A DNA stretch of 64,000 nt, taken from positions 62,744,001 through 62,808,000 of the forward strand of contig OZ024747.1 of NCBI GenBank assembly GCA_964016885.1, given 5' to 3'. Below, in pieces: positions 1 through 12,700 of this stretch (its first letter is position 1; each line of letters starts with the position of its first letter). Under the pieces are notes generated by a model, which searched no databases, was not told the DNA's origin, and worked only from the letters and a program-made list of their open reading frames with translations. This stretch comes from Eledone cirrhosa. Taxonomy: Eukaryota. The position numbers and the translations under genes were made by a program.

Positions 1-130
1 TGGTGGTGGTGCTGCTGCTGGTTTTGGTGGTGGTGGTGCTGCTGGTTTTGGTGGTGGTGATGTTGCAGCTGCTGGTTTTGGTGGTGGTGGTGTTGGTGCT
101 GCTGTTTTTGTTGTTGGAGGAGGTAGTGTT
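1..130. repeat. GGT/GCT-rich low-complexity repeat
   Basis: Runs of (GGT)n, (GCT)n and GGTTTT units. Confidence 0.9.
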
Positions 131-161
131 CGAGCTAGTATTGCTCTGGTTTTTTGTCGTT

Positions 162-232
162 ACGATAAAATAAAGTACCAGTAATGTACTGAGATAATTG
201 CTGGCCATGTGCCAAAAGTAGAAACAATTATT
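162..232 (+). mobile_element. SINE 3' tail fragment (same family as 52621-52835)
   Basis: cgataaaataaagtaccagt...gctggccatgtgccaaaagtagaaacaattatt matches the 3' ends of the full copies in this window. Confidence 0.75.
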
Positions 233-634
233 TTCTTTTGTTCTTGTGATGGTGGTGTTGAAATTGTTAACAAGGGAGGAATTTGTCTCATAATTTCCTC
301 GTGCTGTGTTGTCACTGCTGCTGTCACAGACTTTTAAAATGTGGCCGTTCCATCGTCCCTTCCTCCTTCAGCAGGCGGACACTCCTAGTTCGCCATATTT
401 TATTTTCAAACAAACATTGACGGGGTGTTTGATAAGCACACGCCGGCTTTTCCCCTTGGGGCTGTCGGTAGAGATAAACTACCCAGCTCATGAAGATACG
501 GGTTAATTTACCTACTAAACAGTCAGAAAAGTTCAATCCAACATGTTGAATAACTGTGAAAATAGAACAAACTTACAGGAGCGATGTGAACTACGTCTCG
601 AAAGACTCAACACCAAAGACAACAACAACATCAA

Positions 635-835
635 CAATAATAATAATAATTGTTTCTACGTTTGGCACAAGACCAGCAATTACTCAGTGCATTACTGGTG
701 CTTTTTTTTATCGACCCCGTAAGGATGAAAGGCAAAGTTAACCTCAGCGGGATTTGCACTCAGATCCTAAAGGGCCGTAGCTCTTTGCTGCAAAGCATGG
801 CGTCAGACCCTCTACCGATATTGTCAACTCACCGC
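635..835 (-). mobile_element. tRNA-derived SINE, near full length
   Basis: Reverse complement of the 50000-50214 and 52621-52835 copies (ctctaccgata; gatgaaaggcaaagttaacctc; atcgacccc; ggcacaagaccagcaa); flanked by (AAT)n on both sides. Confidence 0.85.
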
Positions 836-869
<34 letters not shown>

Positions 870-3105
870 TTAATGCTAAACATAATGACCAGGCAGTGTG
901 GATTGAGACAGTACAAAAGAAGATTAGTGAACAGGCACACCAACAAACTGATTTGAGTATCACAGCCAAAATACTAACCAACTGGAAATCACCAGGCCCA
1001 GATGGTGTGCAGGGGTATTGGATTAAAAATATAACATCCCTCCACCCGAAACTGACAACCATGTTCAATGACTGCTTGATGTCAGGTACCAGAGTGGTTG
1101 ACAAAAGGTACCACAGTTCTGGTAATGAAAGACCGAATCAAGGGTAATGATGTTACCAACTATAGACCTATCACATGTCTGTCCATAATGTGGAAACTGT
1201 TGACAAGCATTGTGTCTGAGGAAATCTACCATCACTTCCACACAAACAACTTGTTACCGGACGAACAGAAAGGATGCCAAAAGAAGTCCCGTGGTACAAA
1301 GGACCAGTTACTTATTGATAAGATGGTAATGTGGAATTGCAAGAGGAGACACACTGGTCTTGCCATGGGATGGATAGACTACAAAAAGGCATTTGACATG
1401 GTGCCTCATTCTTGGATCACCAAAAGCCTAGAGATCTTCAAGATGGCAGATAACATCAGACAGTTGTTGAGCAAAAGTATGAAGTCCTGGAAAACAGAGT
1501 TAACATCAGCTGGAGAATCCTTGGGAGGCGTGAAGATCAAGAGAGGTATCTTCCAGGGAGATAGTCTGTCCCCTTTGTCCTGATGCCCATGGCCATTATA
1601 CTGCGAAAAGTGAGAGCAGGATACAAGTTTGGAAAGGGAGAGCTTACCATCAATCACCTCCTCTTCATGGACGATCTTAAGCTCTTCGGGAAGAGTGAGA
1701 AGAAGTTGGATGTGCTTGTTGACACTGTCCGTGTTTTCAGCAATGATATATGTATGCAATTTGGTATTAGTAAGTGTGGAGTCCTTGTGATGAAGAGGGG
1801 TAAATTGAGCAGAAGCAACGGAATCCAGGTACCAACAGGTGAGATGATAAAGGAAATTGACACTGAAGAAGGATACAAGTATTTGGGTGTTCTGGAGGCT
1901 GATGACATCAAGAACAAAAAAATGAAGGAATTGATAAGATCTGAATACATTCGGAGAGTAAGGAGCGTATTAAAATCACATCTGAAATGTAGGAATGCCA
2001 TAAGTGCAGTAAATTCCCGAGCTGTGTCTATTATTAGGTACAGTGCGAGAATTCTGAAATGGAATGTTGCTGAACAAAAAGAAATGGATAGGAAGACTAG
2101 GAAGCTATTGACTATCTACAACATGTTCCACAAGAGGTGTGATGTCGATAGACTCTACTTAAGGAGATCTGAAGGTGGAAGACGTCTTATCAGCATAGAG
2201 GACTGTGTTCAGATGGAGAAAAACAACCTGCACAAATACGTGACTGATAGTAGGGAGCCAATGCTCAGAATAGAATTGTACTGAAGGAGAGGACAATAGA
2301 CCAGGGGATGTCAAAGGAGGAAATAACAAGGAGAAAGAGCAACCTTCATGAAAAATCCATTCATAGTACCTTCTTTAAGAAAACAGAATTCAGAGATCCA
2401 CAGACATGGAACTGGTTGAAAAGAGGAGACCTTAAAAAGGCTACAGAAGGAATGTTAATGGCTGCGCAAGAGCAGGCCCGCAAAACGAAGTGGCTGAAAC
2501 ACCATATTTACAAGGAGGAGGCTAGCCCACTGTGCAAGATCTGTGGAGAGAGAGAGGAGACTGTGGCTCACATTGTATCCGAGTGTAATCACCTAGCCCA
2601 GACTCACTATAAAGGCTGGAGACATGATGTGATGGGCAGGGTGATCCACAGGCACCTATGCAAAGTAAACAATTTACCACATTCTGAGAAGTGGTATGAG
2701 AATAAGCCAGAGTCGGTGATAGAAAACGATCAGGTGAAGGTGCTGTGGGATTTTAGGATACAGACGGACAAGAAACTGGAACACAATAGACCTGACCCGG
2801 TGGTTTTGGACAAGGAAAAAAGATCGTGCCTGTTTGTGGATGTGGCCTGCCCATTCGACACGAGAGTGCAAGAGAAGGAGAGGGAGAAAATTAACCGATA
2901 CCAGGACTTAAAGTGGGAGGTAAAAAGGATTTGGAACTGCCATGAAGTCAGAGTCGTCCCGATTGTCATAGGCGCACTAGGTACTATCTCAAAAAGTTTC
3001 CAGGGATGGTTAAAGAAAATTGGCCCCGCCCCGCTTTTTGGAACACTTCAAAAGGCATGCTTGCTGGGAACAGCAAGAACCCTCCGATACGTCCTGAATA
3101 TCTGA
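870..3105 (+). pseudogene. Disrupted R4/Dong ORF (reverse transcriptase, zinc knuckle, PD-(D/E)xK restriction-like endonuclease)
   Basis: Split across ORFs 650-1147, 1098-1583, 1583-2284 and 2308-3105 by frameshifts near 1095, 1580 and 2290. Confidence 0.9.
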
Positions 3106-3209
3106 GGCTGCAGGTAGTGGCTTGATATTCATTTCAACAAACTTTCCAGTTAACTAACATCAATGACTGAGACTCAAAGAGTAATAACAACAATAATAAT
3201 AATAATAAT
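870..3209 (+). mobile_element. 5'-truncated, degenerate R4/Dong-clade non-LTR retrotransposon (RT + CCHC + RLE endonuclease)
   Basis: Motifs [54 protein letters not shown]-x8-HIVSEC, RHD, RPD..D..EK..RY; (AAT)n at both junctions. Confidence 0.93.
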
Positions 3210-3429
3210 TGCATTAATAAAAAGAGGAATTGAAATGAGTTTTATGTGAGCAAAAGGAATAATTAGAAATAAAAAAAGAACTGAATGCTAATCACTTGCA
3301 TTCATTATGAGTTCTTAGAATAGTATAACTGTCCATTGCTTCTAGGTTTAGCATAGAAAATGTGGGACATGTTCCAGTTAACATACTTTTATACGCTCTC
3401 ATCATATATGTGGGTTGTATTTTATTATA

Positions 3430-3551
3430 CTATATATATATATATATCATATACCATATATTTATTATATAATTTATATATATCTCATACCATATATTTA
3501 TTATATAATTTATATATATATATATCTCATACCATATATGTATTATATATG

Positions 3552-3642
<91 letters not shown>

Positions 3643-3840
3643 TGTGTGTGTGTACACATACACACATACATATAATATCATACCATATAATTCATATATA
3701 TCGATATATCGATATTATATCATATATTTAAATCATATGTTTATATGTATTTATATTATATATATATGTGTGTGTATGTGTATATATATATATGTTTATG
3801 TACGTCGGTGCGTCTGTCTACGTATATATATAGATATACA
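3430..3840. repeat. (TA)n/(CA)n/(TG)n microsatellite cluster
   Basis: Directly visible. Confidence 0.95.
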
Positions 3841-4374
3841 ATCCTAAGATATTGAAGATGTCGAAAGATGTCCTTTATCTCATGAAGACGAAATGTTGTT
3901 TTGAAGAGTACTGTCACATCTGAGAAAAGAAGAAGAAAGAAAAAATATTTTTTCCTTTCTTTATTCTAACGTCTTTTTCTCAAAATAACTTGATTTGGCT
4001 CAGATTCAATTACCCCTCACTCATAACATCACGCCGACATGTAAAAGATTATTTTTCTCCAGACATAAAAACACACAAAAAAAGTTAAAACATAATGTAC
4101 TATATTAAATTAAATTAATAAATGATCTTTTACACGATAAAATAATTCAATAAGCTATGTTTATCAGTTTTATTTTATGCCTGAATTTCTTTTTTAAATG
4201 TATTAAAGCTATATTGATAAAGAAATAAAAAAATGATGTTATTTCTAGAAGTAAATATCTTGAAATATTTCAAAATAGTAGATGTCTCTGAAGAGGGTTT
4301 CCATTTTCAAGTAGGTTTCGTCAGTGAAATAAAGTGAGCAGGTGTTATTTTATCATTGTAATTTTATATATATA

Positions 4375-4510
4375 CATATATATGACGATCTTTCGATTAC
4401 AGTGTCAGGTTCTATCTATAATAGGTCTTTCCTCGAGCTGTTCAATAGTGAAACATATGTAATATGTTATTAAATATGTTATGATAAAAAACTGAATCCA
4501 TTCTTGTTCC
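4375..4510 (+). mobile_element. Short repeat with hammerhead-like motif (second copy at 39255-39385)
   Basis: atgacga...ctttcgattacag...gaaacatatgta shared with 39263-39342. Confidence 0.55.
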
Positions 4511-4515
4511 TTTAT

Positions 4516-4560
<45 letters not shown>

Positions 4561-5261
4561 AATGTTTATCCCGGGTGACCACAGTAAGTAAGGTACTCAA
4601 TACAAAGCAGAGTATTGAAAGCGAGGCTGGAATAAAATAAAATAAAAAATATATATACACACAGATTCAGAGCGTAAGATTAGGGGATAGAAATATACAC
4701 ACACACGTGTGTGTGTTTGTGTGTAAGCAAAAATAGATACACACATAGGCGCACTTATATAAGTATGTAAGTCCTCATACACATACATATGATGTTCATA
4801 TACATAAATAAAGCCAAAAATAAACATAAAAAATATATTCCAAGGCTGGGACATTGAAATGATTGCATGTATACGCCCGACCAGAAAGAAAAATGTAAAA
4901 TATAAAATATAAAAATCTAAAATATAAAATATAAAAATCTAAAATATAAAAATAAATATTAAGATATAAAAGACACATACACACGCACACAAGTTAAAAA
5001 GTAAAATGTAAAAAGCAAAAAGAATATAACATTTTAATACATACATAAATACATAGAAACATGTATTCACTCACACGCACAAATAAAACGTACAAACACA
5101 TACATACGTACGTATACAGGAACAGAAACAGACACATACATACATACATATATATATATGACACGTGTATACACACGAACTCATACACACACAATTAATT
5201 ATACACATACACACATACATATAAACATACACATATATATATATATATATAAATAAATATA

Positions 5262-5640
5262 ACGAAGGAATTGTGGTAAGGAACCAGATGGACCATAACG
5301 CACCAAAGTACTAAATACTTAGAGTAGTAGAGTTGGTAATAGGAACAAGTATGACCCCGACGGCAGAGCTCGAACCGTTTCGACGGCTATTTCTGGACTA
5401 AATAAGAATTTTTAGCCCGGTAAATAAATAGCCGAACTTCTCAGGGGGTATTTCCTTATATGGGAAGATAGTAATTGTCAAGAGGATTGGTCAAAATTTG
5501 TTGTAAAGACAGATGAATCTATCATGGCATTTGGTGGGAGGTAGGGGTGGCTGAACTTGCCTGTAGAACAAAGAGGGAGTGGGGGAAACCCAGTCAAGCG
5601 TTGAAAGTGAAATCTATACAGCAGATTCTAAGGATAGTGT
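5262..5640 (-). mobile_element. Probable PLE terminal fragment (related copy at 37305-37450)
   Basis: tgtggtaag...ggaccataacgcac...aagtact shared with 37316-37390; degenerate HHR-like motif on - strand at 5372-5446. Confidence 0.5.
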
Positions 5641-5657
5641 ATAAAAGGTAAAAAAAA

Positions 5658-5809
5658 GTGTATTACTGGTACTTTATTTTATAGACCGCCCGTAAGGATG
5701 AAAGGCAAAGTTAACCTCGGCAGGATTTGAACTCAGATGATAAAGGGCCGTAACTCTTTGCTGCAAAGCATGGCGTCAGACCCTCTACCGATACTGCCAA
5801 TCCACCGCA
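5658..5809 (-). mobile_element. tRNA-derived SINE (5' two-thirds)
   Basis: Near-identical to 690-835. Confidence 0.85.
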
Positions 5810-5843
5810 TATATATATACATAGACACACTCGAATATATATT

Positions 5844-5892
<49 letters not shown>

Positions 5893-6028
5893 ACGGGTGA
5901 ATACATGTTTATATGTATTTGTGTGTGTATTAACATTTTTTATTTCTTTTTGCTTTTTACATTTTACTTTTTAACTTGTGCCTGCCCGGCCGCATCCTAG
6001 TTGTGTGTGTGTATGTGTATGTGTGTGC

Positions 6029-6086
<58 letters not shown>

Positions 6087-6094
6087 ATATATAT

Positions 6095-6430
6095 AACCCT
6101 GATGGTATCCAATGATGTTGACTTGTTCTTCTTTTTGGTAAATATCATCTTGGTTAAGAGAGTGGGACTGGCTTTGTGGAGTGCCTTTGCTCACTATAAA
6201 AGCTTCACGGCACAGGCATTGCTTTATATCTGGAGATCTCTCTGCACTTGTCGTCACATGGTTCCATGGGCCCAGCACTATGTGTCAATAATTGTCACAA
6301 GTGTAGTGTTTGTACCAGAGTTTTCATGTCGCTGGCTGGACTAAAAAGTCACACTCGTTGAGTGCATCGGTAGGAGTTCTCCTACATGAATATAAAGTAG
6401 TGGCCGTACTCGAAAACGAGTTGGCAGCCA

Positions 6431-6433
<3 letters not shown>
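6095..6433 (+). mobile_element. 3' end fragment of an RTE-like LINE
   Basis: Translates HKCSVCTRVFMSLAGLKSHTR near 6296-6358, a C2H2-type finger typical of RTE ORF C-termini; ends actcgaaaacgagttggcagcc and is embedded in (TA)n. Confidence 0.55.
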
Positions 6434-6465
<32 letters not shown>

Positions 6466-6674
6466 GTGTATAATTTTATATCTTAATATTTATTTTTTAT
6501 TTTTATTTTAATTATTTTCGGCTGTCTGGTAGGATGTATACATGTAATCATTTCAATGTCCCAGCCTTAGAATATATATATTTTTTAAATTTTTGGCTTT
6601 ATTTATGTACATGAACGTGATATGTACGTGTATGAGGACTTACATACGTGTGCCTGTGTGTATATACGTATGCT

Positions 6675-6755
<81 letters not shown>

Positions 6756-7274
6756 ATGTATATATTTTACCCCCTAACTTTACGTTCTGCATCTGTGTGT
6801 TTATATTATTTCTCCTTATTTTATTTTATTTTTTATTTTTTTCCAGCCTCGCTTTCAATTGTAATAGCTTTTGTTTTTAATTTCATATCTAACATTCATA
6901 TTAAGATTTCTTATCTGATGAACGTCTTCAGACACTTCTGTTGAGGTCGCCTGTCTTCGTGAAACCTTTGGTAAATGGAATAATTGTATTGTGTTGTTTA
7001 TTACATAGTTAAATAGCTCTGTACTATACATAGAGCACTCTTCCTTTACCTTTTCTACGGAAATAGTTCATCCACACACTCACACATATATATATAATGC
7101 TGCAAATCATTGTAAGTTTCAATCTGACATACGAAAACATAGGTATATGTATAAGGTAACCCAAATCATGGTAGATTCACATATCACAGAGAGAGAGGGA
7201 GGAGGGGGAGAAATGAGGTTTAAAAGAAATGAAACATGGATTACAGGTTAAAAGTGAGTCTAGATAGATGAGAA

Positions 7275-7805
7275 ACAAAACAATGATGTAGTTTATGGAA
7301 CAGCCAAATGATTTAGAAGTCAACCTTAAGTAAGAGCAGTAACATTAAGAAATACATGAACTCCACCACATCATTTTGTATTGAAAATTTTGAAAGTAGA
7401 TTTATAAGTATGAATTTTCAGTAGATCTTTTAGTAGCTGTCTCTGTGGTCTAGCGGTAGGTACTAGAGATGGTGGGGATTCTGGTCTTGGGTTCAATCTT
7501 GGTCAAGTGGTACATGTAATCTTTTTCAGTTTTTATTTTACATCCCGTAGAAAAAAACTGAAAAGGAACCCCTACTCCCGACCAGGATCGAACTTCAGAC
7601 CAGGATCACCACCGTCTATGATTCTTCCAACTAGGCCGCCGAGACAGCTACAAAAGTATAATGAATATTTATAATTATAAACCCACTTTCAAAATTAAAG
7701 TTAAAAAGATGTGGTGTCGTTCATGGCTTTCCTAGAGCTATTCTTCATATTTAGGGTCGTCTTGTCAATATTCTGGCTCTTTGGTAACAACCTCATTATT
7801 CCTAT
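7275..7805. repeat. Diverged ~260-bp inverted repeat (foldback/MITE-like) with a tRNA-like segment in each arm
   Basis: gtagctgtctc (7433) / gagacagctac (7641); catgaactccaccacatc / gatgtggtgtcgttcatg; aattttgaaagt / actttcaaaatt; centre cttttcagttttt..aaaaactgaaaag. Confidence 0.75.
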
Positions 7806-7998
7806 GCGTATTTAACTTTTGAATTAATTTAATTATTTTAACAAACAAATAAATAAGATTTATATATATATATATAGTAATAATAATAAATTTGAAGACT
7901 AAAATCCAAAAAGGGCTCGAACTTTAATCTGTTATTTTAATGAATATATATATACATATATATTCATTAAAATAACAGATTAAACTTACAATGATTGG

Positions 7999-8051
<53 letters not shown>

Positions 8052-8209
8052 GCCAATCATTGTAAGTTTGAATCTAACTGACATGCAAAAACATATATAT
8101 ATGTAAGGAGTTTAATAAAATAAGTTCCAATGGGCTGACATAATAGTAAGAAGTCATCCATTTAACCAATCATCTAAGTAACCAACCAGCCAACTATTAT
8201 TCAACCATT

Positions 8210-8520
8210 TTACTATCTAACCAGTCAACCACCATTCATTCAGTCATCTAACCAGTCAACCATTTGTCATTCAGTCATCTAACCAGTCAACCATTTGTCA
8301 TTCAGTCATTTAAGCAGTCAACTACCATTCATTCAGTCATCTAACCAGTCAACCATTTGTCATTCAGTCATCTAACCAGTCAACCATTTGTCATTCAGTC
8401 ATCTAACCAGTCAACCATTTGTCATTCAGTCATTTAACCAGTCAACTACCATTCATTCAGTCATCTAACCAGTCAACCATTTGTCATTCAGTCATCTAAC
8501 CAGTCTAACCAGTTAACCAA
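8210..8520. repeat. 31-bp minisatellite (tctaaccagtcaaccatttgtcattcagtca)n
   Basis: About 9-10 tandem units visible. Confidence 0.9.
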
Positions 8521-9189
8521 TCATCAAGCTAACTACCCAAGTATTCAACTAACTTATGTTAGTCTCAGTAAATCCAATAACAGAAAAGGACCCCTCCCTC
8601 CCCTACACCATCTAAAGTAACTGAAATTCCTGATTTGTGGATTCCAAGAATATATCTTAATGGCAGAATAATGCCCAAAAGATCAGTTAGGCAAAACAAA
8701 AATCACAAACAAATGATTAATAAGCAAACAAATCATGTCTTCATATTCTCCCCAGCTAATATATTTCATTCGTAAACCTTTCATGATACACAACATAGAA
8801 AAACCTAAAACAAACGACTTCTCCATAACAAACAAAAATAAAGAACAATATAAAAAATAAAACAAAGAATGATAACTCTTGCTTTTTCTTTTCGTCTCCT
8901 TTTTTATATCCATATTTCCCTTATTAACAATGGAAACAACACCAACGAGAACAAGAACAATAACATGTAGAGCATTAATAATATTAATGCGAGTTGGGAT
9001 CTCTGTCAGAATGCATCGAGGAATAACAGCTGTCAATGTTCACAACATGACAACTGTTAGTTCCTAATCCACCGCTCCTTATTAATGGAACTACAAGACA
9101 TTAACGAATGACTAATTCTCTTCCACTCACCCCCCCTATTCTGGCTCTGTTATCTTACTCTTCATTCACTGTTCTATCTTTCTCTCTTT

Positions 9190-9572
9190 ATACAAACACA
9201 CACTCTTGTACACCCACACACACACACACACCCACACACATCTAAACATAATCTTACGCACATACACATATACAAACACACTCTCTTGTACACCCCCACA
9301 CACACACATCTAAACATAATCTTACGCACATACACATATACAAAAACACACTCTTGTACACACACACACACACACACACCTAAAAATAATCTCACGCACA
9401 TACACATATACAAACTCACACTTGCACACACACACACACACACCTAAAAATAATCTCACGCACATACACATATACAAACTCACACTTGTACACACACACA
9501 CACACACACACCTAAAAATAATCTCACGCACATACACATATACAAACTCACACTTGTACACACACACACACA
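9190..9572. repeat. ~65-bp CA-rich tandem repeat
   Basis: Repeated acctaaaaataatctcacgcacatacacatatacaaactcacacttgtac(ac)n, about 6 units. Confidence 0.9.
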
Positions 9573-9637
9573 TAGTCCAGTTAAGATTCTTGAAAGCCAT
9601 TCTCTTCATTATAGCGTTTTGGCTCTGGTCTTAATGG

Positions 9638-9668
<31 letters not shown>

Positions 9669-9719
9669 CAAACAACTCTACTACTAAATATAAGACGTAT
9701 CTTTTATAAACAGATATAT

Positions 9720-12700
9720 GCCACTAACACCACACCAGTCACCACCAACACCACTCCAGTCTCCACCAACACCACTCCAGTCTCCACCAACACCACTTCA
9801 GTCTCCACCAACACCACCACTCTAGTCACCACCAACACCACTCCAGTAACCACCAACACCACTCCAGTCTCCACCAACACCACTCCAGTCACCACCAACA
9901 CCACTCCAGTCACCACCAACACCACTCTAGTTACCACCAACAGCACTCCAATCACCACCAACACCACTTCAGTCACCACTACACTCCAGTCTCCGCCAAC
10001 CCCACTCCAGTCACCACCAACCCCACTCCAGTCACCACCAACACCACTCCAGTCTCCACCAACACCAGTCACCACCAACACCACTCCAGTCACCACCAAC
10101 ACCACTTCAGTCACCACTACACTCCAGTCTCCACCAACCCCACTCCAGTCACCACCAACACCACTCCAGTCACCACCAACACCACTCCAGTCACCACCAA
10201 CACCACTCCAGTCTCCACCAGCACCACTTCAGTTACCACCAACACCACTCCAGTCTCCACCAACACCACTCCAGTCTCCACCAACACCACTCCAGTCACC
10301 ACCAACACCACTCCAGTCACCACCAACACCACTCCAGTCTCCACCAGCACCACTCCAGTTACCACCAACACTACACCAGTCACCACCAACACCACTCCAG
10401 TCTCCACCAACACCACTCCAGTCACCACCAACACTACACCAGTCACCACCAACACCACACCAGTCACCACCAACACCACACCAGTCACCACCAACACCAC
10501 ACCAGTCACCACCAACACTACACCAGTCACCACCAACACTACACCAGTCACCACCAACACCACACCAGTCACCACCAACACTACACCAGTCACCACCAAC
10601 ACTACACCAGTCACCACCAACACCACTCCAGTCACCACCAACACTACACCAGTCACCACCAACACCACACCAGTCACCACCAACACCACACCAGTCACCA
10701 CCAACACCACACCAGTCACCACCAACACTACACCAGTCACCACCAACACCACTCCAGTCACCACCAACACTACACCAGTCACCACCAACACCACACCAGT
10801 CACCACCAACACCACACCAGTCACCACCAACACTACACCAGTCACCACCAACACTACACCAGTCACCACCAACACTACACCAGTCACCACCAACACTACA
10901 CCAGTCACCACCAACACCACACCAGTCACCACCAACACCACACCAGTCACCACCAACACCACACCAGTCACCACCAACACTACACCAGTCACCACCAACA
11001 CTACACCAGTCACCACCAACACCACACCAGTCACCACCAACACCACACCAGTCACCACCAACACTACACCAGTCACCACCAACACTACACCAGTCACCAC
11101 CAACACCACACCAGTCACCACCAACACTACACCAGTCACCACCAACACTGTACCAGTCACCACCAACACCACACCAGTCACCACCAACACCACACCAGTC
11201 ACCACCAACACTACACCAGTCACCACCAACACTACACCAGTCACCACCAACACTGTACCAGTCACCACCAACACTGTACCAGTCACCACCAACACCACAC
11301 CAGTCACCACCAACACCACACCAGTCACCACCAACACCACACCAGTCACCACCAACACTACACCAGTCACCACCAACACTACACCAGTCACCACCAACAC
11401 CACACCAGTCACCACCAACACCACACCAGTCACCACCAACACTACACCAGTCACCACCAACACTACACCAGTCACCACCAACACCACACCAGTCACCACC
11501 AACACTACACCAGTCACCACCAACACTGTACCAGTCACCACCAACACCACACCAGTCACCACCAACACCACACCAGTCACCACCAACACTACACCAGTCA
11601 CCACCAACACTGTACCAGTCACCACCAACACCACACCAGTCACCACCAACACCACACCAGTCACCACCAACACTACACCAGTCACCACCAACACTGTACC
11701 AGTCACCACCAACACTACACCAGTCACCACCAACACTACACCAGTCACCACCAACACTACACCAGTCACCACCAACACTGTACCAGTCACCACCAACACT
11801 ACACCAGTCACCACCAACACTACACCAGTCACCACCAACACTACACCAGTCACCACCAACACCACACCAGTCACCACCAACACTACACCAGTCACCACCA
11901 ACACTACACCAGTCACCACCAACACCACACCAGTCACCACCAACACCACACCAGTCACCACCAACACTACACCAGTCACCACCAACACCACACCAGTCAC
12001 CACCAACACTACACCAGTCACCACCAACACTGTACCAGTCACCACCAACACTGTACCAGTCACCACCAACACTGTACCAGTCACCACCAACACTACACCA
12101 GTCACCACCAACACTGTACCAGTCACCACCAACACTACACCAGTCACCACCAACACTGTACCAGTCACCACCAACACTGTACCAGTCACCACCAACACTA
12201 CACCAGTCACCACCAACACCACACCAGTCACCACCAACACTACACCAGTCACCACCAACACCACACCAGTCACCACCAACACTACACCAGTCACCACCAA
12301 CACCACACCAGTCACCACCAACACTACACCAGTCACCACCAACACTGTACCAGTCACCACCAACACCACACCAGTCACCACCAACACCACACCAGTCACC
12401 ACCAACACTGTACCAGTCACCACCAACACTACACCAGTCACCACCAACACCACACCAGTCACCACCAACACTACACCAGTCACCACCAACACTACACCAG
12501 TCACCACCAACACTACACCAGTCACCACCAACACCACACCAGTCACCACCAACACTACACCAGTCACCACCAACACTGTACCAGTCACCACCAACACCAC
12601 ACCAGTCACCACCAACACCACACCAGTCACCACCAACACTACACCAGTCACCACCAACACTACACCAGTCACCACCAACACCACACCAGTCACCACCAAC

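Larger units (their letters stand above)
4565..6860. mobile_element. Penelope-like remnant with diverged inverted duplication (4612-5085 vs 5885-6860) and nested insertions
   Basis: Terminus cccggg...cacagtaagtaaggtactcaatac shared with 31465, 38925 and 55978; ttgaaagcgaggctgg / ccagcctcgctttcaa, ggctgggacattgaaatga / tcatttcaatgtcccagcc and cacaagttaaaaagtaaaatg / cattttactttttaacttgtg are inverted pairs. Confidence 0.65.

Noticed and set aside
300-620. Degenerate hammerhead-like strings here and at ~3850-3900, ~4285, ~33548, ~38787 and ~44839
   Set aside because: Core or stems incomplete; not distinguishable from chance by eye
8683-9067. 117-aa and 62-aa ORFs as a possible host exon
   Set aside because: No recognisable domain or convincing splice structure
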